A stretch of 64,000 nucleotides of DNA, from the NCBI GenBank assembly GCA_037379345.1, contig CM074522.1, positions 5,394,001 to 5,458,000 of the forward strand, given 5' to 3'. Source of the stretch: Perna viridis. Taxonomy: Eukaryota. Below the pieces are notes generated by a model. The model saw nothing but the letters and a program-made list of their open reading frames with translations, searched no databases and was not told the DNA's origin. Of this stretch, positions 36,762-50,691 are shown piece by piece. The translations under genes and the position numbers were made by a program. Within the stretch, counting starts at the first letter, position 1. Each line of letters begins with the position of its first letter.

Positions 36762-39454
36762 CATCGACTGGCCAAATGAAATGCTTTACTTGCTAAGGTG
36801 AAGTGTCATTGACATAATAGTAGATGTTTTATGTTATACTCCTTTTATCTATCAATGCCTTTGATTTTCTTTGATTAAACACACACAGAGTGAAAGTTAT
36901 AAAGATAACATAACTTACAAGTGGACGTAAATTACGGAGAATCAAACATACAATGTACAAGCAAAACGTTTAGGGTTCATTCAAAGGTTCATTCTGCACA
37001 GTTAAATCACAACACCAGTGACGGATCAAGAGATTTTGAAAAGAGGGGTTACAGTAAAAAGGGGGTTTACAGGCAATTATTTGCAAATATTTGCCCATAT
37101 TTCACTTAAAATTATCAAAATTGTCAAATAAAAGAGTGGTTTCGACCATCGGAACCATTCCTGGACACTATACAGAGTGTCCAGACATGGCCAATTGGCT
37201 TCACAAAGTATACATACATTCATTTACAACCCAAGAAAATTGTCACATACAGAAAATGTTTATATTTCACTTGAAATTGAATAAGCGAAAAGGGAGGGGC
37301 GGTTAAGTTGATAGTCATGTCGCTATGACTAAGGCAAATTACAACAAAATTGCATAAAACGAAAATTTATCTGAAGTATATATACTGAACGGACATTGTG
37401 CGCGTCCAGATGTAGAAAGTAAGTAAAGTCAAAATGAAAATCTTTTGTGGCTTGATATACATTTATCTACCAAGTAAAACTCTTGTGATGTGCCTTACAT
37501 TAATAAATATTTTCCTATGAAAAAGATGCATACTCAACTTGAACTGCAACGCACTGCAATGTATGGCGAGACTGCCATATGCATTGAAGAGCAATCGCTT
37601 CCTCATATAATTCACACCAAAAGATAATGTTATCACTCGGACGAATAAATAATAGATTTATTTTCAGAATATACATCGAAAAATGGTTCATTGAATGGAG
37701 GTGTCCCTTAAATGACCATAAACTATCACTTTTGCTTACATTAACCCATCATAAACGTCAAAATTTCACCTTTCAAGTTCTCTATTCTTGTTAAAGAGGT
37801 TGTGTTTTGGATTTCGCCTGATTACGGTAAGTCTAATACAAACTACTACGTGTCAAGTCTATTTTGTTTTAATGTGTGTTTTCTGAAAGATGTTTTAGGC
37901 ATTATAATTTCATGAAAAATATCTATCAGAGAGTTCTATATTTCGTTTCCTTGGTTCTCAAATCGTTATAATTGATCAAACTCCATCACTGATCATCACT
38001 TATTTTGGTTTGTTGTACCACCGATCGAAATAATCTTCCGAGACAAAATATTGAATATTTGACACCTGTTTTCGTTTAAAATTTCGTGCGTTTGGTCAAG
38101 CAAAGAAGATAAAGTTTGAAATACACTTCAAGTTGATTTCTCCTCATATTGCTTAATGTCTACACGGACAAGTATTGCTCATTGGAAATTTCGTATGAAA
38201 TTAATGATTTCTTAGTATGAACTTCCTACGAAAATATTACATAAAATATACGTGAATGCTCGATCGATTCACATGAATATCACATGATTTTTTCTTACCA
38301 ATTTCATTTGCACAATTCGTATTTGCACAAATTCGTGTTCAGGTGAAAATAACGTGAAATTCATATGAAAACTTATGTGTAATAATTTGCTTGTGTATAA
38401 TGATCTCTTTACAATTGATGAAACATAGTCATCCGAAATTATACTCTCTGGCGAAAGCAAAAAGATAATAAAATCAACAATAAACCTACTTCAAAGTAAC
38501 ATTCTTTAATTGAATCAGATGAAGATTATGCTTACAAGCGTGAACTATCTGATTCCTAAGCCTGTCATATTATTGGCACAATTCTCCATGGTTTAAATAT
38601 CTATCTAGAAACGGTTACATTGATATATCTCTTAAATTTATAGGCACAGCGGAGGTTAATTTATGATGATTATTCGGTAAACATATTGTATGTGTAATTT
38701 ATTTAAACATTGTCCAAACTTTAAATATTGTTAAGTTATGGGGAAACAGTGATATTCGTTACATCGTAAGTAAGTTGGTAAACTATTTATGAAATTTATC
38801 TATTTTCACAATCTTTTTTTGAGATAAACAAAAAATGTAGAAAATACGTGATTGTATCAAGGAAACAAAAACTACAACATATCACATAATAATTATCTGG
38901 GTATAGACTAGATAGTTGGAGCGTGTCCACTACTAATATTGAAAGAAAAAAAATAAATCCCTTTATCACTTTAACACTTCCCTGGGGGCGCAGCTTGATA
39001 CGACCGCAGAGGTAGAATTTTGATTCCAGTTAAATATTTGACACGGGACAATCAAAATGGTTCCTTTTTGGGCACTTATTCATTAAGGGTTTCAGTCACA
39101 ATTTCACAGAGATCTATTCACTTTGAAACAAGCTATTGTCCAGATGTCATGATAATTCGTATTTCTGACCTCTTTTGGACCATAATTACTAATATAAGCA
39201 GATGAAGTTACGACCACGGAAATCTAATAACGGAAATCCTAAAAGGGGCTCTAAATCACGAAGAGCAACATTCTAGGCTCCTCTAGTAAATGATGTTTCA
39301 TTATATGTCGAACAAGGGAAGCTGTGTCAAGTTTTTTATGGAAATGAATGTCGAGGGAAATAGAAACTTGTTACTTGTATAAACAACACACAGTTTTATT
39401 CGGTGTGATTTAAAGGAGTTTTCATTGTATACAATTGGTCGTGTAGATCAACGA

Positions 39455-39593
39455 TTCAGGGGCCTTGGTGATTAGATTCCCCCTTTAAATGTCAAATTTG
39501 TTAATATCGTGCAGCATTTGGGCAAAAATTTGCAAATTATTGCTATTAAACCCTTTAAAGAACCCCTCGTCAAAATCTGGATCCGCCCCCTGC
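39455..39593. mobile_element. Short CAGGGGCGGATCCAG-type MITE (hAT-like); related ends near 35306, 37015, 45835, 46226
   Basis: CAGGGGC at ~39458 and CTGGATCCGCCCCCTG at ~39577-39592. The same terminal motif recurs at the listed sites. Confidence 0.5.
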
Positions 39594-40345
39594 AGAATCT
39601 TGTTCCCCATTGTTTTAGTTGAACTCTTTATCATTTTCAATTTTCTAATCGTTATATTAAAATGTAACTAAGGTTCCAGTCGTTCGGTCGCAAGACTGTT
39701 CAAGAATATTTGAACTTCGAAAGATAAAACTAATGAAAATTGAACTTACAAGATAGAACGAACAACATTTATAAAACATATTTCATTTGAGCTATAAGAA
39801 AGTATTAATTAAAAAATGCTGGACCTTGTTAGAGGAATGCAAAACGTGTGAAATCATAATATAAGAGGGTTTTATTCACCAATCATGGATCCTCTTAAGT
39901 AGAAAATTACAATGATTAAAAACATACATACAATGTAAACAATCAAGAATGTTCACGCGGGAATACAGTCGAGGAAAATTTTTGTGTTTAAGGATTGTTC
40001 CCCTTTGTATATTTTGCATGGTGTTCGGTCTGTATATACTCTATGCGGTGCTACTAAGAATAATTTTTTAAAACATATCTGGATTTTTTTTCCCTTTGAA
40101 TGCAAACAATAGTCGACGAATAGGTAATCCATGTAAGTAATGCATTACTTTTGTTACATTTTGCAAAATTACAACTCCATGTCACATACTACCACTCGAA
40201 CCAATCAATTATTACTTAAAACAAGGTCAAACCCTTTATGACACAAATCGGTGACAAAATATATCACTTTTTACACTTAAGTGAAGTTAGTACATGAAGC
40301 AACCCTAGGATATAATACTTAACCACGAAATTTTGTTATTTACAG

Positions 40346-40789
40346 CTTTTGACACCCGCGATGTTCTGCATGCAAGTAGATGTTCTGGAGCACGCGGTTC
40401 AGATGAAACAGAAAAGGTCATTTCTAGGAAGGAACGGTGCCAAAGTTCAGTTAGATCATCACCATGACGACGTACCTTGTGTTGAGAAAGAGAATTCCGA
40501 CGACATACACAAAAAAGAAGAAACTCACCAGCTGTTCCTTTTTCAACGACGGAAAGCTCAAATGAAAGACGTGAAGAATTATGTTCAGATTTTAAGTGCC
40601 CTGAAATTGAGACCTGGTCATTGGAACTATGCTACACCTGAAGAGGATCCAGTGTTCAAGATAATGCTGTCCATTCTCAGGAAAATTGAATTCGAAAATG
40701 CAAAAGAGAGGAGAAAAAGACGAGAGGATAAAAGACGTAAACGAGAAGAAAGAAGAAAATTGGGACAACTTAATCAAGTAAATGAAATT
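40346..40789 (+). CDS. Probable first coding exon of the tandem-PH protein gene (ATG 40361; 143 aa with an E/R/K-rich helix)
   Basis: Acceptor ttttgttatttacAG at 40344-40345, an open frame with protein-like composition, and donor ATT|GTAAGT at 40790 (phase 0). The phase is compatible with the acceptor at 59390. The linkage is inferred. Confidence 0.68.
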
Positions 40790-43700
40790 GTAAGTACTGT
40801 TTTAACCTAAAATATTTCACGTTTCATAATTATATTGAGGAGAATAGCGGATCTATGGGGTTCCAGGATTCCAGGGGTTCCCTCTTTTTTTGTCGCATTG
40901 TGTTTATTTTGTGCAAAATGTGGTAAATGAAAGCCCAGATCCTCCTTTTTTCTTTTTAAAATTTCTGGATCAGAACCACCCCTTTTTTTTGTTTGTATAA
41001 ATTTCTTGATTCGCCGCTGTTTCTTTACTATTCCTTGAATCATAGAAACAAGTTTATCATCTTTAATCTTTAGAACATCGCAATATCCTAAACGAAATCC
41101 AAACTTTAGGAAACGGAAATATTAACTAATTTTGTAAGACTAATAACACGTGTTATCGTTACTGATTTTACTGGACACTACATTAATATAAAGTTCAAAA
41201 GTTTTTAAAGATTTTTTCTGAGGTTTTCTGATATCTTCCAATAGGCAACATCGACACCCGTTACATCCTACATCCTAAATATATAGTTTTGTAGTCGACG
41301 AGCGTTTAAGCTTTCGGCTTTAATCTTCCGGTTCAGTCTTAGAATCGGGCAGTGGGTGAAGCCCGCCATTTTGAAGTGTAATTTAACTTGTTGCACCATC
41401 AGGCAAAGAAAAAAAGACAAGATCTTCCATATCATTTTGGTGAAATGATTTATAATTTCATTGGAATATGTGCGTTTTAAGGAAAGATCACTCTGTCAAA
41501 AACCTCAGTTTTCTTAAATTCTTTTGAAAACCAGTAATTCAGAGATGAAATAATGGCCTGTAGATGTCAACAATAAAAGGTGCATTCGCTGAAAGATAGT
41601 ATGATTGTTCGTTTCTTGTCGAGGGTGATTGCTGCGGCTCAAAATCATAAAAATTCTGATGTTCACAAGCGAAAAATACTACATGTACATGAGTGAAGTT
41701 CTCGTGACATCCATGAATTTCTTCAAATGCTCATACAAAAATCAATGTGAAGGCTCATATCACACAAATGTCGAGTTAATTCCGAAACAAGACTTAATGT
41801 TCAGTTGACATCCTTCAAGACTAGTAGAGTTGGGAAACGGTCCCTAACCCAAGTGGGCTTTGGGAGTAGGGCAGAACGCCAACGCAGCTGCCCAACCGCT
41901 AATTGGACCAAATTCTTTGGTCTTGTATCCCGAGCGCTTGGGTCCGCTTACAACAATTGTTGTCTTCAACTACAGGCACTAACAGACTCCCCGTAAGGAT
42001 CAGTACAGAAAGGGTAGTCAAGACCATAGAAACTCCAATTCATCAGAAACTAATCTGTATTGTACAGTAGATGAGGTGTGCGTTTCCTTTCTTCATGTCT
42101 TCAAGGCATACATTTGATTTGTACTTAAAATATGACCACTTATTATGGCACAGGATTGCGTGCGGGCAAACATTATGACACAACTTTATTCATGTCATCA
42201 AAACATTTTCAATGGAGGTCATAACCTATTTGTACTTATTACAAGTTATATTGATATTAAGTATAACGGAATGATTGGGTCCATAATCCTTCAGAATTTC
42301 CCGCTGTTCAAATAAATTTACTCTACTAATATATCATTTTCATAAGTAATGATAATACACTCTTATACACATTCAAAAATTCCATAAAACTATAAATCTC
42401 TCTGAATAACGAATTCCTGTCCTTTGCCAAATTATGTTGACAAACAAAAGATGTATTTAAGGTCGCGTTAAATGAAGCACGCAAGCTATTTTAAAAATTA
42501 AATCTTTCAATTGGTCTTTTTTGAACGAACCCATCTAAACTGTCTTGTTGAATAATTCCCATTGAAACTCGGTAAGAAGATATATATTTGGGGTTGTCGC
42601 GGAGTTCAATATTTTTCTTTGATAATTTCTCTCTTTGGAACTGTTGTGTAGATTGAGTGAAGACACTTTTTTGTCGAGTACCCGAATTTTTCGTGTGATT
42701 TTAATCTACGGGTTAAATATTGTCATTGATAATTCAATTATTTTGGTGAGCCATATGTGAATATTTGGATATAGCACAGTCATATAAGGAGAGGACTGAC
42801 AGATTGAGAGATAGAAATGTTTTCGAGGACAGAAGGGCGAGCGATTACAATCATGAGGGTATGTTGGTATTGTTTAATATATGTTGTAGGCGGTTAATAT
42901 TGAAATATTTTTGGCTCGGTACGAGTCGTCAAAACTTTATCTACATGACATATTTTCTTTAATGTTTTTGATCGATTGAATACCTTAAAATAACAAAGGA
43001 TTGTCCTCATGTTAATGCTTCCGAAAAACGTGATTTTGCATATTAATTATGGTACTGTTCGTTTTCTATTTGTTTTATTTGTTTATTGTGTTCCGATTTG
43101 TCAGGTCATGTAACCGGTTAACACAGGTATTATAGAAGATTTAAAATCACAAGTTGCAAACGGTTAAGGCAGGTTTCCATTTTATCGATGCTTCTCTTTT
43201 AAAGGTTTCTTAGAACTTATTTTTTTGTTCAAAAGCAACAAATACACTTGACCGGTTTAAAATGTCTACAGTTAACAGGGCTTTTGATTTGAGGAGCCAG
43301 CATTTGATTTTTATATGGCGCGGGCTGGTATCAAATTTGAAATAAAAAGTCAAGACGATGAGACGATGATGTATGGTTACAAAATCAAGGATGGACAATT
43401 TGGGTAAGCCCAGGACAGGCTAGAATAAAAAATAAGTCAGGAGAACTTAAACGAAAAAAAATCCAAGAACAAAAATTTGATAGTAGCCTCCCCCACTTCC
43501 AACCCCAATAGAAATCGGTTGCTCCTTCAGATGGAGAGGTATTGTACTAGAATAAGAAACTGACTGTTATCGGAGATAAAAATCGTTGGGGTGTCCTTAC
43601 GCAGAACGTTATAAGAATACAACGGTTTGTCGATGGCGACTCCTCACCATTGATACCACGAAATATTCTGGTTATAATTTCAGAAATTTCAGAAGGGCAC

Positions 43701-44127
43701 GAGTTAAAAGGTCTGGATTGCTTTCTAATCCCAACTTAGTATAAGAAACTCAAATGAAAGACAAATCTGAAAAGCGACGAACGAACAGACGGTAGGACGC
43801 TAAGATCAAAAACGTATCTGACCCTATGGGGAAAAATAATCTCTTTTTAAACCTGTCAACTCGTTTTAAAATTATAACTGAGTTGACATAGTTTTTCATA
43901 ATAAGCAATCTTCGTCCACTTACTACAAGTTTTATCGCAAATCTGTTAACTAAAATTACTTGCTTTAAATGATAAGTGATAAATAATGTATTAAGAACTA
44001 TTAACGTGTCAAAAGAAAAAATATACCGTTATTTGAAATGGGTTTAAGCAGAGCATCACCATAAATAGTTGTGGTTGCCAAGTATAATATTTCATAACTT
44101 GATTTGAAACGAGAGTTTTTGGGAGAT

Positions 44128-44211
44128 TATTGTAGGTACATTATTGTAGGTACATTGTAGGTACATTATTGTAGGTACATTATTATAGGTACATTATTGT
44201 AGGTACATTAT
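44128..44211. repeat. 14-bp tandem repeat ATTATTGTAGGTAC (~6 copies)
   Basis: Directly visible. Confidence 0.88.
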
Positions 44212-44936
44212 GTTGTCATTATTTATTAGATTTATTAGACAAGAAAAAATCGGTCATTATATTCAGGATTCAAAATTTTATGAAAGGGAAAGGAGAGTCC
44301 GATCGACAAATTTATTACTGGTATATAAGGGGGGTTCGAAGCTGCATCCAATCACCACATACACATACAAGTACCAGGAGCGTATCCAGGCCTGGGGTGG
44401 TTATGAAATTTTGTTTTTTTGCAAACACATTTATTTATGGTGAGGTCCATCCAAAACCCATAGGCAACGATACATTTTTCTTTTGGCTCGCATTTTTTTT
44501 TAATTCATTAGCTCATTTTTATTCATGCACCTTTTGCTTCAAAAACTGCTTTAAAAAATCATTTTTATCGAAAATCTTAATACATGTATCATTACTTTCA
44601 ACTGATTATCGAGCAAATAATTTCTATAAGGAGCTGGTTAAACTATACGAGTGGTTCTATACCATTAGATATGCTTCATTATAAGTCGTCTTTTTATATA
44701 TAATGTGGATAATGAATGTCAAAGTTTATGAATGGATAGCACAACAATTCTGTACTGTTAATGAATGAGGCTCGAACAATTCAAAAGTTGTGACAAGAAT
44801 TCGGTAATTTTTACATTATTAAAATTATTTAAGGGTATTATTAAGGATTGTGAAGAATGGCGAATTGTGACTTTTAAATCTTAAATACTTTATAAACAAA
44901 CTTCTGTGTTGCCTTGATTTTTTCATTATTATATAA

Positions 44937-45451
44937 CAGTGAAACCTGTCAAAGTCGTACCCTGGATAATCAGAAAACCTGTCTAAAACACAGACATATT
45001 TTAAAGTCGATTCATATCATTTTTTTTTTTATTGTACTTTGAACCTTGGTAACCCGAACACCTGTCTAAACCAGACTTTATTTTACCTCGGTAAACCGGT
45101 CACCTGTTTAATCCAGACATTGTTTTACCTTGGTAACCCGGACACCTGTCTAATCCAGACATTGTTTTACCTTGGTAAACCGAACACCTGTCTAAACCAG
45201 ACTTTATTTTTCCTTGGTAACCCGAACACCTGTCTAATCTAGCCACTATTTTACCTTGGAAAACCGAACACCTGTCTAAACCAGACTTTATTTTACCTTG
45301 GTAAACCGGTCACCTGTTTAATCCAGACATTGTTTTACCTTAGTAACCCGAACACCTGTCTAATCCAGACATTGTTTTACCTTGGTAAATCGAACACCTG
45401 TCTAAACTTGAACTGATTGTAAAGTGGCTTCGATTCACCCAGTTTTCACTG
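44937..45451 (+). mobile_element. MITE with CAGTGAAA...TTTCACTG termini and an internal 42-bp tandem array (~8.5 copies)
   Basis: TIR at 44937 and 45444-45451. Unit CCTTGGTAAMCCGAACACCTGTCTAAWCCAGACWTTRTTTTA over 45044-45407. Confidence 0.8.
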
Positions 45452-48400
45452 AATTTGTTTGTTTGTCGAGCATGGGTGTAACATCCTTACATCCTGATGG
45501 TAGTATTGAAGGGCAACTCACCTACCTAACTACATAGCTATCTCGATGAACCGTGTCTAATCGTACACCCTCTAGCAGTCGAGAATCCTGTGTAATCCGA
45601 CATCTTGAGATAATCCAGGTTTCTGTCCAATCAGACGCTTTGAAGATCCCAAACTCTCGTCTAATCAGACACCCAGTAGTAATTGCGAATCCTGTTCAAT
45701 CCGATCTCTTATAGTATTCTGAACGCCCGTGTAATCGGCACCCTGTAGTTTTCCAGATTTGCTTCCAATTTTTTTTCACTCGTTTTTTCTCCGCGATCTG
45801 CACCACTCTTACTTCAAATCCTGGATTCGCCACTGGTGTTTAGAGATTAGAGATTGATCTTATGCACCCAGCTGCAATGTTTTGTGAATTTGATGACTGA
45901 AACTTAATGGAAACAGCTTTATTTTGCGTCTATAAAAAAAAAACACTTTTTAGGATCATTATGTAATTTCCTTAAAACAGACCAATTTCAGTGATAATCT
46001 TTATAATACGATATCTTGTCCATGTTTATCTATTATAACGAAAATGCAATTTTGTCTCTAGATATTATATCATCTATGAAACTTTTGGTGCTGCCCTACA
46101 TGCTGATGGCATTACGGACAGTAAGACTAGAAAATGAAATTTGTGAGGGTGATACTGAGAAATATGAACGAATCTGCCGCGACGAATAAATTCGAACTCA
46201 ATGTAAAGAACAAAACGTACTATTCCAGTGGCGGATTCAGAAATTCCAAAAAGGGGAGGCTGAGTTTCCTAGGAGGGGTCGCTTTAGTTTCTATATATAT
46301 AATAAACACAATTTTTTGGCATAAATCGAATCTACCTAAGTTTCTGAATAAATACGATATAAAATACTAAGCCTTTATAATTTTTACAACCGCTTCTTTC
46401 AAAGGTCCAGTTTCGTAATGTTGTAAGACTCAATGTTTCACAATTCACCACAATTAAGAACGCATTTCACGTTTATCCTTTTATTCAATGTAAGTACAAA
46501 TATGTGTGTGAAAGACCTTAGTACCGCTTTTATAATCAAACGAATGACGACGGTTTATGAAGATAAATATTGAAAGATTATTTGGTCTACTTCTTGCAAG
46601 TAGTGTGCTATTTTGTTGAATTTAAAACCCTACAGAAATGTGGTACATGTACATATATAGGAGTGATAACATTTTCATTGTATATTTTAATAATTACACT
46701 TTTATTTTTGTGTCATGGGGATCAACCTCGTATTTGAATTTCATGCCAAGGTCCTGAACTCTTCAACGGTAAGCAAACTGCACCTCCTGTCTCTTACCGT
46801 CCCTCATAAGTGTTTGGCAGTGGGTAAAACATGGTCATTTTTATAATAAGACCAGAAATACATTTGTATAGTGGACATGTTTGCTATTTGTTTTGTAAAA
46901 TGAATTATGATTACTGTATCATGGAACAATGCCGATAAATAACACGACGCAGATAACATCTTGAAGTTTCCAACTCAATGAGTGAGTAGTACGTTAGAAT
47001 CATCTTCTCTGTCCGGTCATTCTGTCCTTCCGAATTTCTCAACTCTCAATGGATTTGTTTAAAAATTGGTATGCGGCTTTATGTAGATAGTACATACGAC
47101 GCAAGCAATTTTGGTTGCTGTTCTTTATTAACTTTAAATTTCGTAGGATTGTCAAACAAGTTAGGGAATACCTAGCACGACAACTCGTTAACTTCACATA
47201 AGGTCGGTGGTTTTCATCAGTAGAAACCATTTCCTTTAATTGGTCATACAATGTACTTACAATTTTAAAGTACTATGGATTGTAAATGCAGCTCACTGTT
47301 GACATATTATTTACTAAAAAGGTATGCTATGCAAAGGTACTACTGTCAACGATTTTATTTTCTAATGATAACCATGCGCATATGCATGCAGGCAGTCTTG
47401 GGTGATATCAAGGTTGGCTAAACGTGAATAGAGTATTGCGCTGTAAGCATCTAAGTATACTTAAGTGTCGATACCCCTATACCGATCATGCTTTTTTATA
47501 ATGTAGTTACAGGCAAAACAAAACTATAGCTTCCCATTGTAAGTGGAGGGTATTCCTGGGTGAAGTAACCCAAAACTACTGTTAATGCCACTGGAACGCC
47601 GTGGATATTTCAGAAACGAAAGAAACGAATGTCTAATTACGGTTATTTTCTTCGAGGGTTCAATTCAGATGATTATGAGGGAAAGGTACTTGTCTAGCAT
47701 TATTCGCATTATTTGAAAATAATATCGTTTTGAAATGACATATTAGTTTTAGCATTTCTATCCAAATTGGCTTTACGTCTATGAAAATAAAACATATTAA
47801 TGGTATGTTTGTAAAATTGTAACCCATTATAGGATTAAATTGAAATATAATATCAAATTTAATCAGTGAGAATTCTAAAGGTTGACAATTTAAATTGATG
47901 TTTTACTACGCTATTACCCTATGGTTTTCTCCTATCAGGTAAATAAATGTTATATTGACAAAATTCTTTAATCATGCATATTTGATAATGACAAAAACAC
48001 TTCCATTAAATTTCTGGTTCACAAACTTAGTCATAAATATTTGGTTTACATATTCGTGATACTCTTTGTGGATTCTTTATTCCATCCGAAGTACCATGAT
48101 TTTATCAACGTACATGACTCTGCGAAAGTAATATTTATTTGTTTGAATTTTTAACGATTATACCATATTAATATATACGACATTTTAATGGTTTTACTCC
48201 CGTGACTTGGAAACTGATAAAGAATAGTTATTAGATTTAATGTCTACATGTTTATTATTGAAATGGTCCATTTAAGACATGGATTTATAAGCCAATCCAT
48301 TTGGAATAGAACTTTGTGGTGATTTACAAACTCCTAGAAGAAATCGGATATAAAGTTTCCGTTCCGAACTTGTATTTCAAACAAGTTTGCATTCTTTGGC

Positions 48401-49384
48401 AAAATGATATCGGTTAACAAAATCAGGACAAATTCAATAGTGTTCTTTGTATGATTACAACCCGTTTCAACCTTCTCACACATTAACAGTTGTGGTATAT
48501 TGAAGTGTACAAAATTCGAACGATCGGATATATCTTGAGACTGTCGTTTGACTGAAAAACAATGATAACGTACGTTTTAAACAATGCCGAAAGATCAAAG
48601 TGATACGACATACTATATACACGGAGGGGGTTACAAAACGGAAATAAAGGACTGAACCAATACATTGTTTACATACTTATGTTGATGAATAATGGATACC
48701 ATATACAAGCCAATATATGACAATACAATTCATAAGAATGTGCATATTTTGCCAGAAGTTAAGCTCCTAGATAGCCTAACCGTTGGCTACAAGGTGTGAT
48801 CAGTATTAAGGTAAGCCTAACGTATACACACATTTTTAAAAGAAAATCTACAGAAATCGTATTTTTGTCAATATTTCTAAATAGTTCCACTTTTTTAAGT
48901 CGTCAATATTTAAGTGTTTTCCTCTTTCATTTAATGTAACAAATGGATTTTTTTCTGCTTCATATGTCGAAGCCTAATTTTCACCTAAATGGCAAATCTG
49001 TAATGTTTTGCTGCAACGTAAGATATTGGTATTCGGTTAGAGTACCAGGGAGGAAAATACCTTGCTAGCCAAGTGCTAGCACTGCCGGACAAATAATACA
49101 AAAACGTCTAGATAGGGTCAAATTCTCACACATATTAAACAAAACCAATAACGGTCTACTCAAATTCGACCCCAAGCTATCTCATTCATTCTCCAAACGG
49201 TACTTGATCATTAGGCTATGACATTTAATCTCAAATTCATTTATTGCTAGTCCTTTACACAAAACTTAGATCTGATTTATCTGTTATATCTTCCCAGGGT
49301 TGATATAATTTATAGCACAAATCACGTATTTATCAGACGTAATCTACTTAATAGACATGTTTACTTCATAAGAAATATCTCAAC

Positions 49385-50010
49385 TTTTACGTATGAGTCT
49401 TTAAGAGAACCATGAGGTGTTTTACGTACGAGCCTTCGTAACCATTCTGAGTTGTTTTATGCATGAACCATCGTAACCATGTTTAAGTGTTTTTACGTAT
49501 AAGCCTTCATAACCATGCCAAGACAGTTTTACGTATATGAGCCTTCGTAATAATCATGCTGGGGTGTTTTACGTACGAGCCTTCGTAACCATTTTGAGGT
49601 GTTTTATGCATGAGCCTTCGTTACAATGTGTAAGTGTGTTTATGTATAAACCTTCGTAACCATGCCGAGGTGGTTTTACGTATATGAGACATCGTAATAA
49701 TTATGTTGGGGTATTTTTACGTATGAGCATTCGTAACCATTTTGAGGTGTTTTATGCATGAGCCTTCATAAACATGCCGCTCGAGGCGGTTTTACGTATA
49801 AACCCTTAGGCTGGTAAGAACTACATGTATGCTAAGGTGTTTTACCTTTGTGGCCTCGTAAGAACCATGCTGATATGTTTTACACATAGGCTTTTGTAAG
49901 CACTGCACTGAGGTGTTTTTGCGTATTTACCTTCGTATGACCCATAGTAAGGTGCATGTTTTACAATTTAGCCTTCATTAGAACCATGGTGAGGTGTTTT
50001 ACGTATGAAC
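49385..50010. repeat. ~35-40-bp minisatellite with a 4-monomer higher-order repeat
   Basis: Unit ~GAGGTGTTTTACGTATGAGCCTTCGTAACCATGCT. The variant pattern recurs at 49414, 49561 and 49708. Confidence 0.85.
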
Positions 50011-50285
50011 CTTACTGGGATGCTTTGGTTTTGTTTTCTATTTTAAATTGATGACAGGATCTCAGGGGCATGCAGACTCAGTGAGGTAACTTACAGGATT
50101 TAAACAAATTAGTTATCCAGTGGACTAGGGGCTTTATTCATAGAAAATTCAAGTAGTTGATTCTGTATTTCAAATTTTAGATTGATGTTGGTCAGATCTG
50201 ACCCGTATCAATCCGCACTATGCTTAGTTAATATTGATTTTGACCTGTTTATCCGTAAGGAAGTTTTGAGGTGTATATACGAGTA

Positions 50286-50691
50286 TTAAGTGGCCGTCTT
50301 TGTAAGAATAATGCAAAATCTGAAAAATGTGTTACTCCCCAAGGTAGGCTACATATTTTTATTTTTGTAATTAAGTTGTTTTATGGGTCTATATTGTGTG
50401 AAATGTGTAATTATTCATTTATATCTGCCTTTTCTTAAGAGATAACCAACACTGAAAATCCAATAGATTCTATTGTTTTTGAGAATCATTTACAGATTTA
50501 TCTCCCATTATTTTGAAATCTACTGTGCATTCTATATATTTTTTATCTCCTATGAGCATGGGTTATATGAAAAACCACATGTTACTTTCTGTTAACTATG
50601 ACATTTTAAACAAAATATCAAAAAGAAAAATATGTAGGCTTTCCAACCATGAATCACATTTTGCATGATTCTTATGTGGAGTGCTACTTAA
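50286..50691. mobile_element. ~400-bp TTAA-bounded MITE, copy 3
   Basis: Same termini and body as 8545-8942. Confidence 0.85.

Noticed and set aside
35861-36796. Repetitive ORFs (GLSGNRFTHVT / LPVYPGIGLHM) and CRISPR-like periodicity
   Set aside because: These are translations of a 33-bp minisatellite. There are no unique spacers, no cas genes and no splice signals, and the context is eukaryotic.
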